From: Blepharisma stoltei ATCC 30299
Lineage: Eukaryota; Protista; Ciliophora
Direction of reading: 5' to 3'
DNA length: 64,000 nt
Assembly: GCA_965603825.1 (NCBI GenBank)
Contig: CBFDEM010000016.1
Location: forward strand, 124,001-188,000
The notes beneath the pieces are model-generated. The model was given only the letters and a program-made list of their open reading frames with translations, was not told the origin of the DNA and did no database searches. Both the position numbers and the translations under genes were made by a program. Of this stretch, positions 1 to 12,168 are shown one piece after another. Within the stretch, counting starts at the first letter, position 1, and every line of letters starts with the position of its first letter.

Positions 1-312
1 AAAGAAAAAAATGCTTACTGTGGGCTACCTCCTGACACGTATAAAGAAAGTGAAGGTTCACGTTTGGAATATGACATAAATAATTTTAATGCCCAAAATG
101 CAGAAGAAGTATCAGAACACTTTGAGGTATTAATTGTGACGCCTATTAATGTAGACCATACCGTTTATTTAGATAAGTCAGCTATTGGAAATACGAGGAA
201 AACTTATGAGAGTTTGCCACAACCTGATGCAGTTAGTAAAAGATGGGTGCATAGAAAGCATGATCATGTGTGGGTCGCAAGAGAAATGAACATTCCTGCT
301 CCTAGACCTTAA
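1..312 (+). CDS. 3' part of a pyridoxamine 5'-phosphate oxidase-like FMN-binding protein (5' end outside window)
   Basis: Frame 1 is open from base 1 to TAA 310-312. HFEVLIVTPINVDH...RW...VWVAREMN resembles the F-x-V-L-x3-P-x2-VD...RW...W...E-x-N tail of this family. Confidence 0.5.
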   Translation, partial: KEKNAYCGLPPDTYKESEGSRLEYDINNFNAQNAEEVSEHFEVLIVTPINVDHTVYLDKSAIGNTRKTYESLPQPDAVSKRWVHRKHDHVWVAREMNIPAPRP

Positions 313-833
313 ATAGTTGAATAGCTTAAGTTAATTTTTTATATTTGATTAAATAGGCCTAATATATATTTTTGGCAACACACAAAATTTCCATAATTTT
401 TTATTTTTATACTAAAATGAATTTTACGCCAGCGATTTTTTTGGATGTGATAGTTTTGTTATTAACTTTATTGATTTTCAGATATCAAAGGAGATATTTA
501 TATTTTTAAAATCATAAGATTCATTAGCTGGATTAATTAATGCTGTAAAAAATGAAAAAAAATTAAGAAAGTCGATATAATGATTCTATTAAATCACTCA
601 AAAGTTCCTAAGCAGAAATTTACGACAATTATTTTAGCCCATCAGCATTAATGACTTACGTCATAACCTATGATCATCATCTTTAAATTAATTCCTATAC
701 CAAAATGTTGCATTAAATATGAAACAATATCTTAAGCTCTAATTTTAAAAGTTTCAACTCCGCAAAATCTATTCTTTTCACTTCCCATCTCCTCTATAAG
801 ATTTTACTCCTCCACAAATTAAATATTTAAATT

Positions 834-1844
834 ATGGAAGTCATATTAAATTTAATCAGGATGGAAGAAGAAATAAAAGTTGATAAACACGGCTTTATTT
901 CTCCAAGCTCTTCTCCCACATCTGAAAACATAACACGCGAAAATGCCAGACTTGAAAAGTGGCAAGATATGCTAGTAAGATGGGACTACAACATTAAGAG
1001 AAGATTCAATTTCGTTAAGAAAAGAGTGCGCAAGGGGATTCCAGACTGCCTAAGAGGCAAAGTGTGGGCTGAATTTGCAGAAATTGAGCAATTAAAATCA
1101 AACTACCCTGAAAACTACTATTCAAATCTGACCAATTTTGAGAGCGATAATGTGTCTATAAGAGATATAATGCTTGATATTCATCGGACATTCCCGAACC
1201 ATATTTTATTCAGGGACGATGGGCCAGGTCAGCAGGCTCTTTTCAGAGTTTTGAAAGCTTATGCTTTGCATGATACAGAACTCGGATACTGCCAAGGCAT
1301 GGGCTTTCTGATTGCAATGCTACTAATATATATGAGCGAAGAAAACGCATTTTGGACGCTCGTAGCAGTCATGAATAAGTATGAGCTGAGAGGATTTTAT
1401 CTTCCTAATATGCCTGGGATTTATAAAGCTCTTTACAAAATTAACAGTTTATTTAGCCATTATATTCCACATCTTTGAAAACACCTGCAGAGCCTCCATT
1501 TCTTGCCTTCGGTTTTTGCACCGTCATGAATAATGACCCTTTATATAAGTGTCTTTAAGACAGATATCTCATTGAGGATTTTAGATATTTTCTTTTGTGA
1601 AGGCACGAAAATCATTTATAGAGTTTTTATTAATATTTTTAAAAACGCTAAAGATGAGTTGATAGGGACGAATATCGACGAAATTTTGGAAAAACTTAAA
1701 ATATTGCCTGAAGCCTACACACCAGATGAAATGATAAAAAGCACTTTTAAAATTTCTCTGGGACGCAAAAGGTTGAAGGATTTGGAAAAGGAATACGAAA
1801 CAAACCCAGATCCTGAGTTTAAAAATTGGTGAATAATCACTTAA
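834..1844 (+). CDS. TBC-domain Rab GTPase-activating protein (TBC1D10/EVI5-like)
   Basis: RKGIPDCLRGKVW, IMLDIHRTFP and GYCQGMGF motifs. TGA at 1476, 1527 (FAPS-W-IMT, conserved Trp) and 1830 read as Trp; TAA 1842-1844. Start may be ATG 861. Confidence 0.92.
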
Positions 1845-1995
1845 TGTTTAAATTAATATTGATTTTTAATGCTCGAACAACATAAATTTAAATTAAATAC
1901 CAAAATTTAAGAATTTCCTTATAATTTTATATAAATAATTATAAGGATATCTCAGCTGTATATGATAAAATTTTTAGAAGTCCATATTAGAAATA

Positions 1996-2373
1996 ATGAA
2001 AAAGGGCAAAGCACCTGCACACCAAAACACATTTGCATTCAAACACAACAAAGCTAGCAGACTAACAAAGAAAATTGAAGGTGAGCCACTTACTTATCTT
2101 TGTAGGAGATGCTATGCAAAATTGGAATGAAGAAAAAAATTCAGGAAGTTTAAACTGAGGACTGTTCCAGCAAAATGCTTACTTTGTGAAGAAAAAAGTG
2201 TCGTAAAAGGCCACCGCAAAATATGTGATGTCTGTGCACGAGGAAGAAATCTGTGTTCTAAATGTGCTAAAGAGCCATACTCACAAGGGAATGAATCTAC
2301 CACAAATGAAGAGACAAAAGTGGAGGAAACTAAAGAAATTGAAGCTGCTGAAGTAGAAAAAAGTGAGGATTAA
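1996..2373 (+). CDS. C9orf85: C9orf85/DUF2039 family Cys-rich protein (absent from ORF track)
   Basis: MKKGKAPAHQNTFAFKHNK...LCRRCYAKLE-W(TGA 2128)-RKKFRKFK...KCLLC...ICDVC...LCSKC matches the family pattern HQNxxxF...CxRCxxxLEWRxK...CxxC x3. Confidence 0.88.
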
Positions 2374-2534
2374 TGAAAATTAATATAATAAATTTTCTAT
2401 TTACGATAATTTTGTGGTAGTTAATAAATTGCAAGGAAAGATCAGAATTTTCTGTGCAAAAATCTATTCGGTGAATAAGCTTTTATATTAAAAAGATGAA
2501 TTAAATAATTTTCTGATTTAAATAAAATATTTAC

Positions 2535-3320
2535 TTAATAAAAACCCAAGAAGAAAACTATTGGAAATTGAAGCAGTGCAATAAAGTAAAGGAAGGATTG
2601 ATTTGTGACACTACTTGCGTCCATATACTCTGAAAAAGTGTTTTGAACTGTGTATCTTTTCAACGTCTTGGTCTAAATATAAATTACCATAAAAACCCCT
2701 AAACACACCCCAGTATAGCAAAATGCTGGATAATAGCTTTCACCTCCAAATATCATAGTAGCCATAAGATTTACAGTACACGGCACAAATTTATATCCAC
2801 AATATGCTATTAAATCAATAGGCGCTGGCAATGCACTTTGCAAGAAATAAAATCCACAATAAATCAATAAAATTTCCAAAAATACAAAAATAATCCCAGA
2901 GCTTGCTGCCAGTCCTAACACTTCTGGTGAAAACTGTCCTTTCATCCCAGAATTGACGCCTACAATCAAAATGAACGTAATATAAGCCATCAAAGGTATA
3001 TAGAGATCTGGCGCATGCTGATTTTTTCTAGGTGTCGCCGGCAATCCGTCATCATCCAGCTCTTGAGTCCAGTCTCCATTTGATAAATAAGGAAACAAAA
3101 TCAGTTTAAGCTTTTTCAGCACGTAAGAGTTTGTTACATCAAAGTAATAATTCAGTCTTTTCCAAAATCCACTGAGCCAAGATCCAGCCATAGCTTTGGT
3201 CATTCTAAGTCCATACTCGGTTGCTGGATTTTCTAATGAGATTGTGGTTAGCCCGCCGAATGAAGGAAGCACCGAAGGACCATCAGAAAACCCAAATGGA
3301 TTAGTAGGAATTTTTGACAT
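2535..3320 (-). CDS. YIF1: YIF1 (Yip1-interacting factor) ER-Golgi membrane protein; one 15-nt intron
   Basis: YYFDVTNSYVLKKLKLILFP and APDLYIPLMAYIT motifs. Splicing 2673-2687 restores FM-TKTLKR and a final TM helix ending at TAA 2535. Confidence 0.93.
2673..2687 (-). other. 15-nt spliceosomal intron GTAATTTATATTTAG (phase 0)
   Basis: GT-AG ends, A at position 10; removal restores the YIF1 C-terminus. Confidence 0.92.
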
Positions 3321-3837
3321 ATTATTTTATATAAAGCTAAATTGATTTCTTATAATTACTACGTGGCTGATGAGAAAAAGATTAAAACGAGACATTCAAA
3401 TAGCTATGAAATTAAGATCAAAAAGATTTGGAAATTTAAATTTATTAGAAACTAAAGATAAAATTTGGGAATGTTTATGGTAATAATTGAAAATAAGGAT
3501 TATTTGATGATTTAATATACAACAAAGACTAGAGTTGTAAATTAAATTAGATTGAAACCAAAAGAAAAGCTTAAACTTATGGGAAATTTAAATTAAGCAT
3601 AAAATCTTAAGCTGATTACACTAAATATAAATTGCATAACATGATATACTAAATACTCGTATTATAAATTTAATAAAACAGAAATGAATAGTTGGTTTTA
3701 AAATGAGCGTAAATTCTGACATAACATTGCTAGCCTACATGCTTATTTTTATGTGGAGACTAATTTATTTAAAAATTATCAATGAATACGCTGAAAAATT
3801 TATAACTCTAAGTGGCTATTGCTACTTTTTTAATTAA

Positions 3838-4209
3838 TTAGATATCAGGAATTTCATTCAAAATTCTGTTTCTTTCAAGTGGATGAGCTCTATAGAATCT
3901 TACCAGGTTAACAAAGTATAAAGTTCAAGGCACTGTGAGTATAAAAGCTATTATTCAGTAAGGTATGCCGACTGCAACAAAATTTGCTTTTGCTTGCTCG
4001 ATAATTCCTATAACAATTAATGAAACGATTGCGATCAATAATGAAATTGTCAGAATAACTTTGCCATATGGGAATCTATAGCTTACAAGCTCGGTAATTT
4101 GGCTTGTTTCTTCAATTTCAAACTTTTCGGCTGAATTTTCTTTTGAGTTGTTTTGAGGAGTAAGATCATCAGGCTCACTTTTGGTTTCTGAATAGTCTCG
4201 AGATGCCAT
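3838..4209 (-). CDS. Small 2-TM protein, TMEM230/DUF872-like
   Basis: Two TGA=Trp extend the ORF to TAA 3838. Two hydrophobic helices and a C-terminal ...ILNEIPDI resembling the TMEM230 IPD tail. Confidence 0.55.
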
Positions 4210-4321
4210 TATATTGGTAACAAATCCTTTAACTAATAATTCAATTTTAATTCTCGAAAAATACCTATTTGAATTATCGATTATAAATAATAATTATTTA
4301 TTTCAATTCAATATTGAAATA

Positions 4322-7300
4322 TTAAGCTATAACCTTTTTTCTCTTTTTCTTAAGAGAATAAAAGGATTCTTCAAATATATCTGAACCCTCCATTGTTGCA
4401 TCACTTTTCTTAAAAGATTCATCTCCTTGAGTTTCACTTATCGAAGGATCATCATCCGGCCTAATTTTCGTTTTTCTGAAACTAAAGCTTTCTTCATCAC
4501 CAGCTAGTGTCTTATTTTTTCCTTCAAAATAAGCCAAATTCTCATTAGTATCTTCTCTCTCATATTTCCTTTTCCCTTTCGGTGACACTTTTTTGTCCAA
4601 TATTATTGTATCTAAAGTGCTTTTTCTACCATAAAATCTTGCGAATTTATTTGCGAAATTTTTCATAAACCATGCTTTTAGCTTTTTAATGCCTTGAATA
4701 AATCCCATGATTTGCACAACAAGCATAGCAACTAAATGGAGTAATAAAGACAGGCTTAATAAAGTTATAACTCCCCACCCAAGGTTCGTGCGGTCATCAT
4801 CTCCTAGCTGCTCATCTAAAAACTTCAAAATAATGCAATGTGCTGCAAAATAAAAGGTCTCACTTGTTATATGCAGAGCATTCCCCAATATAAACTTTTC
4901 AAAAGGCCTTAATAAAACCAATGCAACTGTATATAAAAATGATAAAAGGGTAGAAAGGGCTACCTGGACTGTGGTATATTCAAAGAAAAACACACAGAGA
5001 ATCACAAAAAGCACTCTACGGACGTTTTGGAACACCAGAAAAGAAACAGTCAGCTTGGAATGCCTTTTAAACCCTTCATATAAAGTCCCAAAACGTCGCT
5101 CATGGCTCTCTTTAACAAGTTCTGCTTCAGATTTTAATGTAACTTGCCAAAATATCAAAACAAAAGTAAGTGCAAGATATACAACAGTCAAAAAACTTAA
5201 AGACAAGGACAAGTATCCTACATCTCGAGAAGGCTCTGCAATTTCTCGCCATTGGAGAAATACAGATAAAGTAATCTCTAAAAATGACTCAATACCAGTC
5301 CTGAGGAGAATTGAAAAAAGGTATGAGTTTTTCAGCCACCTTAAAAAAGAAAACTTAGGCCAACGTCTGAAGAGCATTAAAACTATAGGAAGGCCAGCCA
5401 TAATGACTCCCCAAACTAATACAAATTGTCCAGCGTTCATTAAGAAATCAGTATTAAAGTTTTCTTCTAAAAATCTTTCAGGGGGATCTGCAAAAGGGTC
5501 ACTTTTCACTAAATACTGCTGAAAAGGGTTTGGCAAAAAATTCCCATTTGCGATGCTGAGGGCACTTAAGTATGATTTCAAATTATCAGGGTATTTAGGT
5601 GACAAAAATATCAAATAGTTTTGAAACTGCATCATTTCTACCATTCCCCACAATGCTTGTAAGTTAAACATCCCAACTGAAAACCCAGAGCTTGCTGACC
5701 CTGCTACAGCCCCAGTAGTTGCTACAGTAGTCGCTGTATTTACAGTAGTCGTTATAGCTTCTCCAAGCTGATATGTATAAGAAGTCGGCAAATATACTTT
5801 GACTGAGCTTTTTTCCATGACATTTCCACTCATATCAACTACAGTAGTTGGGTCTATAAAGGTCACAGTCACCCCAGTCCCAGTTGCTACACTTTCGTAC
5901 ATTTTCAAAGTAATAATATATATAGAATCAGTCAGCTTTATAGACCAGCTGAATTTCAAAATCCCATCAATTTTGATATTAATGTTCTGAGACATATCAG
6001 CAGTCAAACTGACTGGCTCACTAAATGATAAAGCAAGCAGATATCCTGAGCTGCTTTCGCTTAAGTATGCAAGAATAGGCGATGGTGGGGTGGTGTCTTT
6101 ACAAATATCGGCAGAGCTCAAGCTTCCGCCAGAGCAAGACCATCCAACTTCGACTGTGCAGTTAGAAGAGCAGCCATCTCCATTTTTGTTATTCCCATCA
6201 TCACATTTTAATTGGCCCATATTTCTGCCGTCTCCACAGAGTTCGGTACATTTGGAAGATAATTGGGAGATAAGGTCAGTTGTTAGCTCAGAGGTAGGGA
6301 TGATATATGTGCTAGCATAGCCTTCGAATGAGTCACATGGGTAGCATTGGGTTTTGTCATAAAGAATAGGGGAAGATGTGATACAGGATGTGCAGTTTGA
6401 AGAAATGACAGAGCAGGTTAAGCAGGAAGTGTCACATATTGAACAGCTGTCTGAAGAATCAAGGAAATAGCCAGTTTCACAATGGCATAAATCATTTTCT
6501 AAGACAAAATCAGAGTTACATACAGTGCAGGTTTTTCCATCACTGCATCTTGTACAATGATCAGGGCATGACAGACATTCTTGAGCTGTTAAATCTAGAT
6601 AATAACCATCGCCACATTCATCAGTACAAATGGAGGCTTGCTTTACATAGCCGCTCTGGCATTTGCATATTCCGCTTGTAAGGATTGCATGGTCGACACA
6701 TTGAGTGCAAGTCCCAACTTCATATTTTGTGCATTTATAGCATAAATCGTCATAACAGAGATTGCAGGTTCCAGCTCTGGAGCAGGTCCAAGAGCATTCA
6801 GAAGGGCACGATTGGCAATTTCCACTGCTATCAACATATTGAGTAGCATTACAAGTAGGCATACAATAATTTAAAGATACCGGACATGCCGAGCAGTCAG
6901 TGCAAGTGCCTAAATCTGACGTAATCTGGGAATAGGTTTTTCCATAGTTATATAGCGCGAAGTTATAAATGAATCCGTTCATTGCAGCCGCTCCGGTTCC
7001 TACATAGTGCATTATTCCAGAAACTTCTCTAGAGTACCCAGAAACTGTTTCAGTATAGTAAAAGGTGTTTCTTACTAATAAAACCTGGGTAGTCCTTGAC
7101 GTGCTGTCAAATGTGAGGGACGCTGAATATAAAGCCCATTCTTGAGGCTTAAGAGAACTGGTAGAAGGTGGTGAGTAAATTACTGTTGTACTCTCACGAT
7201 TTCCTATGCTAAATACTAATCTTTTGTATTGATCTATCTGAAATCCTGTTGTAACAATAGGAAAGGAGTTTGTATAATATATAAATTTTTCATAGCTTTC

Positions 7301-9259
7301 ATATGATATAGTATATTCGGTTGTATAAAAAATCCCTGAAGCTGATAGCATGCACCATAACTCAACTGTATAGTCAGTTCCAAGCAGTCTTCCAGCATTT
7401 GCAGAAGCCTGTGGCATAAATTCTAGGCTTCCTTTTTCTAAATGAATCCCTCTCTTATTGGCTGGCTGAGGATCGCAGTAATCAAAAGTTGGATAATACT
7501 CATTAGCGTACAAGCCAAACTTCATGTATATATTTGACACCGTAAAATCGCCTGATACATTGTCTTCAAAATCAAAATTTGCGATAATTCCTTGGGTACC
7601 TGTACATTGTTTTAAGGTAGAATCCCACGTATAGCCATAAGGGCAATAATCAAAGCATAGTGTTGGATGGCCTGGCTGGGAGTAATAACCGCTTGCACAG
7701 GCTGTGCAGTCTGCTTCTGTGTCTCCAGAGGAACACGATGCACATGAATAATGGCATTCTAATTAGAAATTACTTTTACATATCCCGTTCTCTACAAAAT
7801 ATCCAGTTTGGCAGGTCCCACAATACCATACTGACGACCATGAAGTGCAATAAGGATCTAAATAGTCAGCAGAGCTATATAGGTTATTGTTTGTATATAT
7901 TCCCAAAGATGTATCAATAGAATTTCCAGGATATATCCTTATATCTGCATAATTTCCTGGATAAATTACCTTGGAGTTTGTTCCTCCAACAATAAAGCCA
8001 ACATAACCAGGTTGTATTGTGACTGCTGTATACGAGTAATGAACAGATGCAGAAGCTAAAGCAGATGATACAGTCGCACCTTGATGAGTATACAAGGTCA
8101 AAGTTCCTGTAGCAGTATTAACAGTCACAGCAAAAAAGAGCCAACTTCCAATATAGCTTGTGCTTGTTGTTGACACAGATGTATAAACAAAATTGCTTAC
8201 ACTGTCAGTGTTATAAAGTGTAGCTGTTATTTGGTCACAAGAGTTTGCAGGGACACTTTTTGTCAAGTCTATACTCAATGCAGCTAATCCTAAGCTATAT
8301 GAGTATATTTGAAAAAAGGTTGATGCTGAAGTTTTACAACCCGAAAACTCGGCCCAGCCAGTAATAGAGTAATCGGCCCATCCTGATGATGGTGCAGTTG
8401 TTGACATAAAGAGATCATAATACTGTGAGTAATAAGTATCATCATAAACTACTGCATATGGTCTATAGCTATACAAGGTTGGCTGGATTATCGATAAAAA
8501 CCAATTAGTTTGAGAAGCGCACCATTGGTCGCATTCTGCATAGCATAAGTTTGGAGACAAAGCTGAGCAGCTCACCCCTGTGCATGCTGAAGAATACAAT
8601 GAGCTTCAGTCAGAAACCTGATTATATATATTGTTATAGATTTTAAAATCCCCAACCCTGCCTGTAAAGCTCATTGAATAGCCAATTCTTATAATAGAAT
8701 TGAATGGCAAGCTGTACGCTGTGTTAAAAGTTCCTGTAGTAGAAGAGGAGGCCCCATTGTTGTTCACATAAAATATGGACGATTGGGTGTCATAGCTAGC
8801 TGAAATTCCGATAAAAATCCAATTGGTCGAAGGAGTCTATATGAATTTTACCAAAGATAGAGTCAGCGTTGAGAAGCTTTCTCAGTATCCCATAAACCAG
8901 GTGACAATTAAATAGTAACTATTAACTCCTGATGATGATTGAACATGGGATAAATAAAGGGAAGGAAACCCTTGAGAATACATTGTACTTTCACCATCAC
9001 TGTATAAGTCTTACTTTCTTCTGTCAATAGTAAATATATACCCACTTTGAGAGTAGCTTTCTACTTTGATTCATAAGGACAAGCCAAACTTAGCCTCATT
9101 TTCTTCACCTGATAAAAATGCTTCTGTAAGAGTGACGTCACATTCGTCTGTTGATGTGTCAAAAAACTGGGAGTATCGAGGAGGAAAGACTGATACTATA
9201 CTAGAGCTAGATACCCCGTCAAAGGCAACAAAGGACAGGAGAAATATTAAAAAAACCAT
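4322..9259 (-). CDS. Large (~1630 aa) surface receptor-like protein: signal peptide, LamG/ConA-like domains, furin-like Cys repeats, Myxococcus-type Cys repeat, Ig-like stalk, TRP-like multi-pass C-terminus; three 15-nt introns
   Basis: ORF pieces 9071-9259, 7763-8599 and 4322-7540 join in frame via three TGA=Trp and introns 9000-9014, 8837-8851 and 7759-7773. Motifs CGDG...CDDGNNKNGDGCSSNCTVEVGWSC, many CxxCxxC repeats, RFGTLYEGFK, LLRPF. Confidence 0.85.
7759..7773 (-). other. 15-nt intron GTAATTTCTAATTAG (phase 1)
   Basis: Removal gives the furin-like repeat GICK-KCHYSCASC. Confidence 0.92.
8837..8851 (-). other. 15-nt intron GTAAAATTCATATAG (phase 0)
   Basis: Consensus match; removes an in-frame TAG and continues into TPSTNWIFIGIS. 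Confidence 0.88.
9000..9014 (-). other. 15-nt intron GTAAGACTTATACAG (phase 2)
   Basis: Consensus match; removes an in-frame TAA. Confidence 0.88.
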
Positions 9260-9554
9260 TATAAAAATGATTTAATCGATTCTGTGCTTTACTGAAATAG
9301 ATATTGGTGAAATATTGTTAAAATTAATAAGGGATTCGAGATTTAGGGATAGGGAAGTTACTAATTGGAAAAATAAGAAATTTATGTATTAATTTAGGAT
9401 TGAAAATAAATATCAAGAGGCTTAAAACTCTTGGCTGAAATATATTTTTATGGAATTTGAATAACTGCAACATCTTATTTCTTATACATAATAATCTAAA
9501 TGAAGGTTTGAATTATAAGTATTTAATATACCTCAATAATTTTTTTTCTATTAT

Positions 9555-10180
9555 AAGAATGCTTATAACCAACTCCTCATCAATTAGCGCATTGCATGGA
9601 GATCTCTATATGGAAATTGACGGCACCTGCAGCTTAAAGAGCTAAATACAGGAAAAGAGCACAATTCGGGTGATATCGATAAAATCAAAGTTGAATATCT
9701 TGTAAAAGAATTAAGAGAAAGAGCGCTGCCCATTAAAGAAAGGAAGAGAAAATTCTGATTTGTGCTGTGTGAAAAAAAAACTCTTATAATAGATTTTTTA
9801 GATCCATCCTTTGAGATTTTTTACCCAGCGCCTCTTGAACCGTTTCACAAGTGTCAGGAAGAGTCTGAACTTAATCCTCAATAATATTTAGGAGAAAGCC
9901 CAGACGAGTAATAAAATCAATAAGAGCCCAAGATCTTTCCTAAGAAATACTTTATAAGGCGTTTCGTCTTTATTATCGAAGTTAACAATTATAAATTTCC
10001 CCATCTATTCGATTTTTAAGCTCCCTTAGTTAAATGGCAATCATATTCCAAAAAAGAAGGAAATAAATCTTTAGTTTCCTGAAGAAAATATTGAAGGCTT
10101 TTTCCCTGAAAAATGGCAGTTGCGCAGTATTAAGTCTGTTAAAAATAGGTTTAGATGGTTTATTGTGTTAAAAAACTAAA
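9555..10180 (+). pseudogene. Possible decayed gene fragment
   Basis: GC content looks coding-like inside a long gap. A ~98-codon frame (9588-9884, TGA=Trp) has no in-frame ATG and is followed by repeated TAA/TAG and frame changes. Confidence 0.35.
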
Positions 10181-10232
10181 TAATTTTGTTAAATTCTCAT
10201 AATTAATGATATTTACACCACAATTGCTATAT

Positions 10233-11333
10233 TTAAAATTCATCCAAGAACATTCGTTCATTAAGCTTATAAGCAATCTCTACAATCTTATTGCTAATAA
10301 GTTGCATTCATTCTTTATTGTTCATAGTTCCACTAGTACCTTCATCAAAAATTTCAACATCCCTCAAAATTTGGCTATATTCATTTTTTGGTGTTATTAG
10401 ATACCTATGTATAAGCTCTGTATAAAGCTTATAAGTTCATGGCAACTTATCTTGGAACTTTACTTCTTTCATAATGTCGCATTTTTTCTTATAGTCTAGC
10501 TTGTCAAAGATTTGCAGTTTTCTGTGAATATCAATTGATTTTCTAAGCTCTTCTAAGTCAAAGTTGAATCCTAATTCATGATAAACCTTTTGAAAGGGGA
10601 ATTGGCTGCATTTTTTAGCTAGTCAATTAACGGCTTCTAAAACCGTTGGATTTTGTGAAAATTCTTTATCAAGGACATATACTTGGTTTGAGTTACTGCC
10701 AATGCCATAGAGCTGAATAAGCCTATAAGCTGCTATAAGTGCACTTTTCATTTCATATGGGTATTCTTTGCCTTCTGGTACTTCTTTTAGAATTAGAGGA
10801 TTTATGCCAAATATATAGTAACTATTTGATGGATCTTCTATTTTTCTTTGTTTTCTGATTTCTGCTTCCCAGGTAAAATCTTCTTCTTTGCTACTTGGAC
10901 TTTGAGGTGGGGAATCAAGTAAAACTATAGGATTTGAGAAGCTTCCTTCTTCTAATTCATGTCTTTTTGCTTTGAAATTACTTTTCTTTTCTCGGCTTTT
11001 TGCTTCTAACACTTTGGGGTTTATGCTCTCTTCTATACTTTTTGCTTCTAATACTTCAGGATTATTATTCTTTTCTATTCTTTTTGCTTCTAATGCTTCA
11101 GGGTTATTATTCCTTTCAGCACCTAGTTCCAATATAATTGACCTCATTTTTTTCTCAGGATTTTCCGCCTTTTTCTCCTTTTTCTTCCCTTTTATTTTCT
11201 TGTTTTCTTCAATTTCTTCTGCTTTTCATAAATTTTTCAAATCTGTATATATTTTCCCATACAAATCTCTGTCTTCTCTATAACTCCCAACATATCCAGG
11301 ATACCCAAGTCACTGAATTTCTTTTGATTCCAT
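10233..11333 (-). CDS. Hypothetical protein (366 aa) with three 14-aa repeats
   Basis: ATG 11333 (MESKEIQW...) to TAA 10233 is open with five TGA=Trp. Confidence 0.75.
10987..11112 (-). repeat. Imperfect 42-nt coding tandem repeat, 3 copies
   Basis: NNNPEALEAKRIEK / NNNPEVLEAKSIEE / SINPKVLEAKSREK; the DNA core tttttgcttctaa recurs every 42 nt. Confidence 0.85.
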
Positions 11334-11431
11334 TTATTTCATCAATTTTTCAATTCACAAAAATAAATCTTCAATTATCAATTTTTATTAATTTCTTTAT
11401 AAACAATATTCTGAATTATTTGAAATAATTC

Positions 11432-12160
11432 ATGGGTAAATCTAAAAAAAGTAGCTGCTGCGGATGTTTATCAGCTCTATTTTCATCACGTTCAAAAGTC
11501 GATTCCAAAGAGTAATTTCTATATAGCAAGCAACAAGAAGCAGCTTCTCAAACTGAGAGAGTCTACTCTTTAAATAAAGTTGAGCCTGAAGACCACATTA
11601 TAATTACAGAAAGAAAGGTTCAGACTGACATAAATTTTTACAACCCAAATAAACAAAGTTTCAATAATCTTCTGCCTGGGCAGCCTATTCATTACAAAAC
11701 TACTATTGTAACGTCTCATTCGTACCCTCAAAAATCGTCGTCATTTAGACTATCGAATTTAAATGCAGAGAACGATTCTATTCGAAAATCAACTGAAATC
11801 AACGCACATACAAGCAGAGATCCGAGGAACTACACATCAGAGCATTCTGAGCTTGGGGATAGTATTTATACGCCTATAGATCATATTCCTTATGGGCTTA
11901 AATTTACACTTATTCCAAATGATGCTTCTACAAGCCGTCCACTAAGCCAAAGCAACGTCCCTGATTTATTTGAGAACTCTCGACTGAAGAAAAACACGTC
12001 AGGACTTCTCCCACATTTAATGCCAGTAACCCCTATTCATAATAAGCGGTATACTTCTCATGCGAGCATGGGGGATTCTTCGTCAATCGGAAATATTCTG
12101 GACGAACTCAAAAAAGAGCTCGAGCAAGAAGATAAACTAATGTGTAACAATGAAAATTAG
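11432..12160 (+). CDS. Hypothetical N-acylated protein (237 aa); one 15-nt intron (absent from ORF track)
   Basis: MGKSKKSSCCGC start; intron 11512-11526; frame open to TAG 12158-12160. Confidence 0.8.
11512..11526 (+). other. 15-nt intron GTAATTTCTATATAG (phase 2)
   Basis: Consensus match; links the ATG exon to a 210-codon start-less frame. Confidence 0.9.
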
Positions 12161-12168
12161 AAAAAGAG

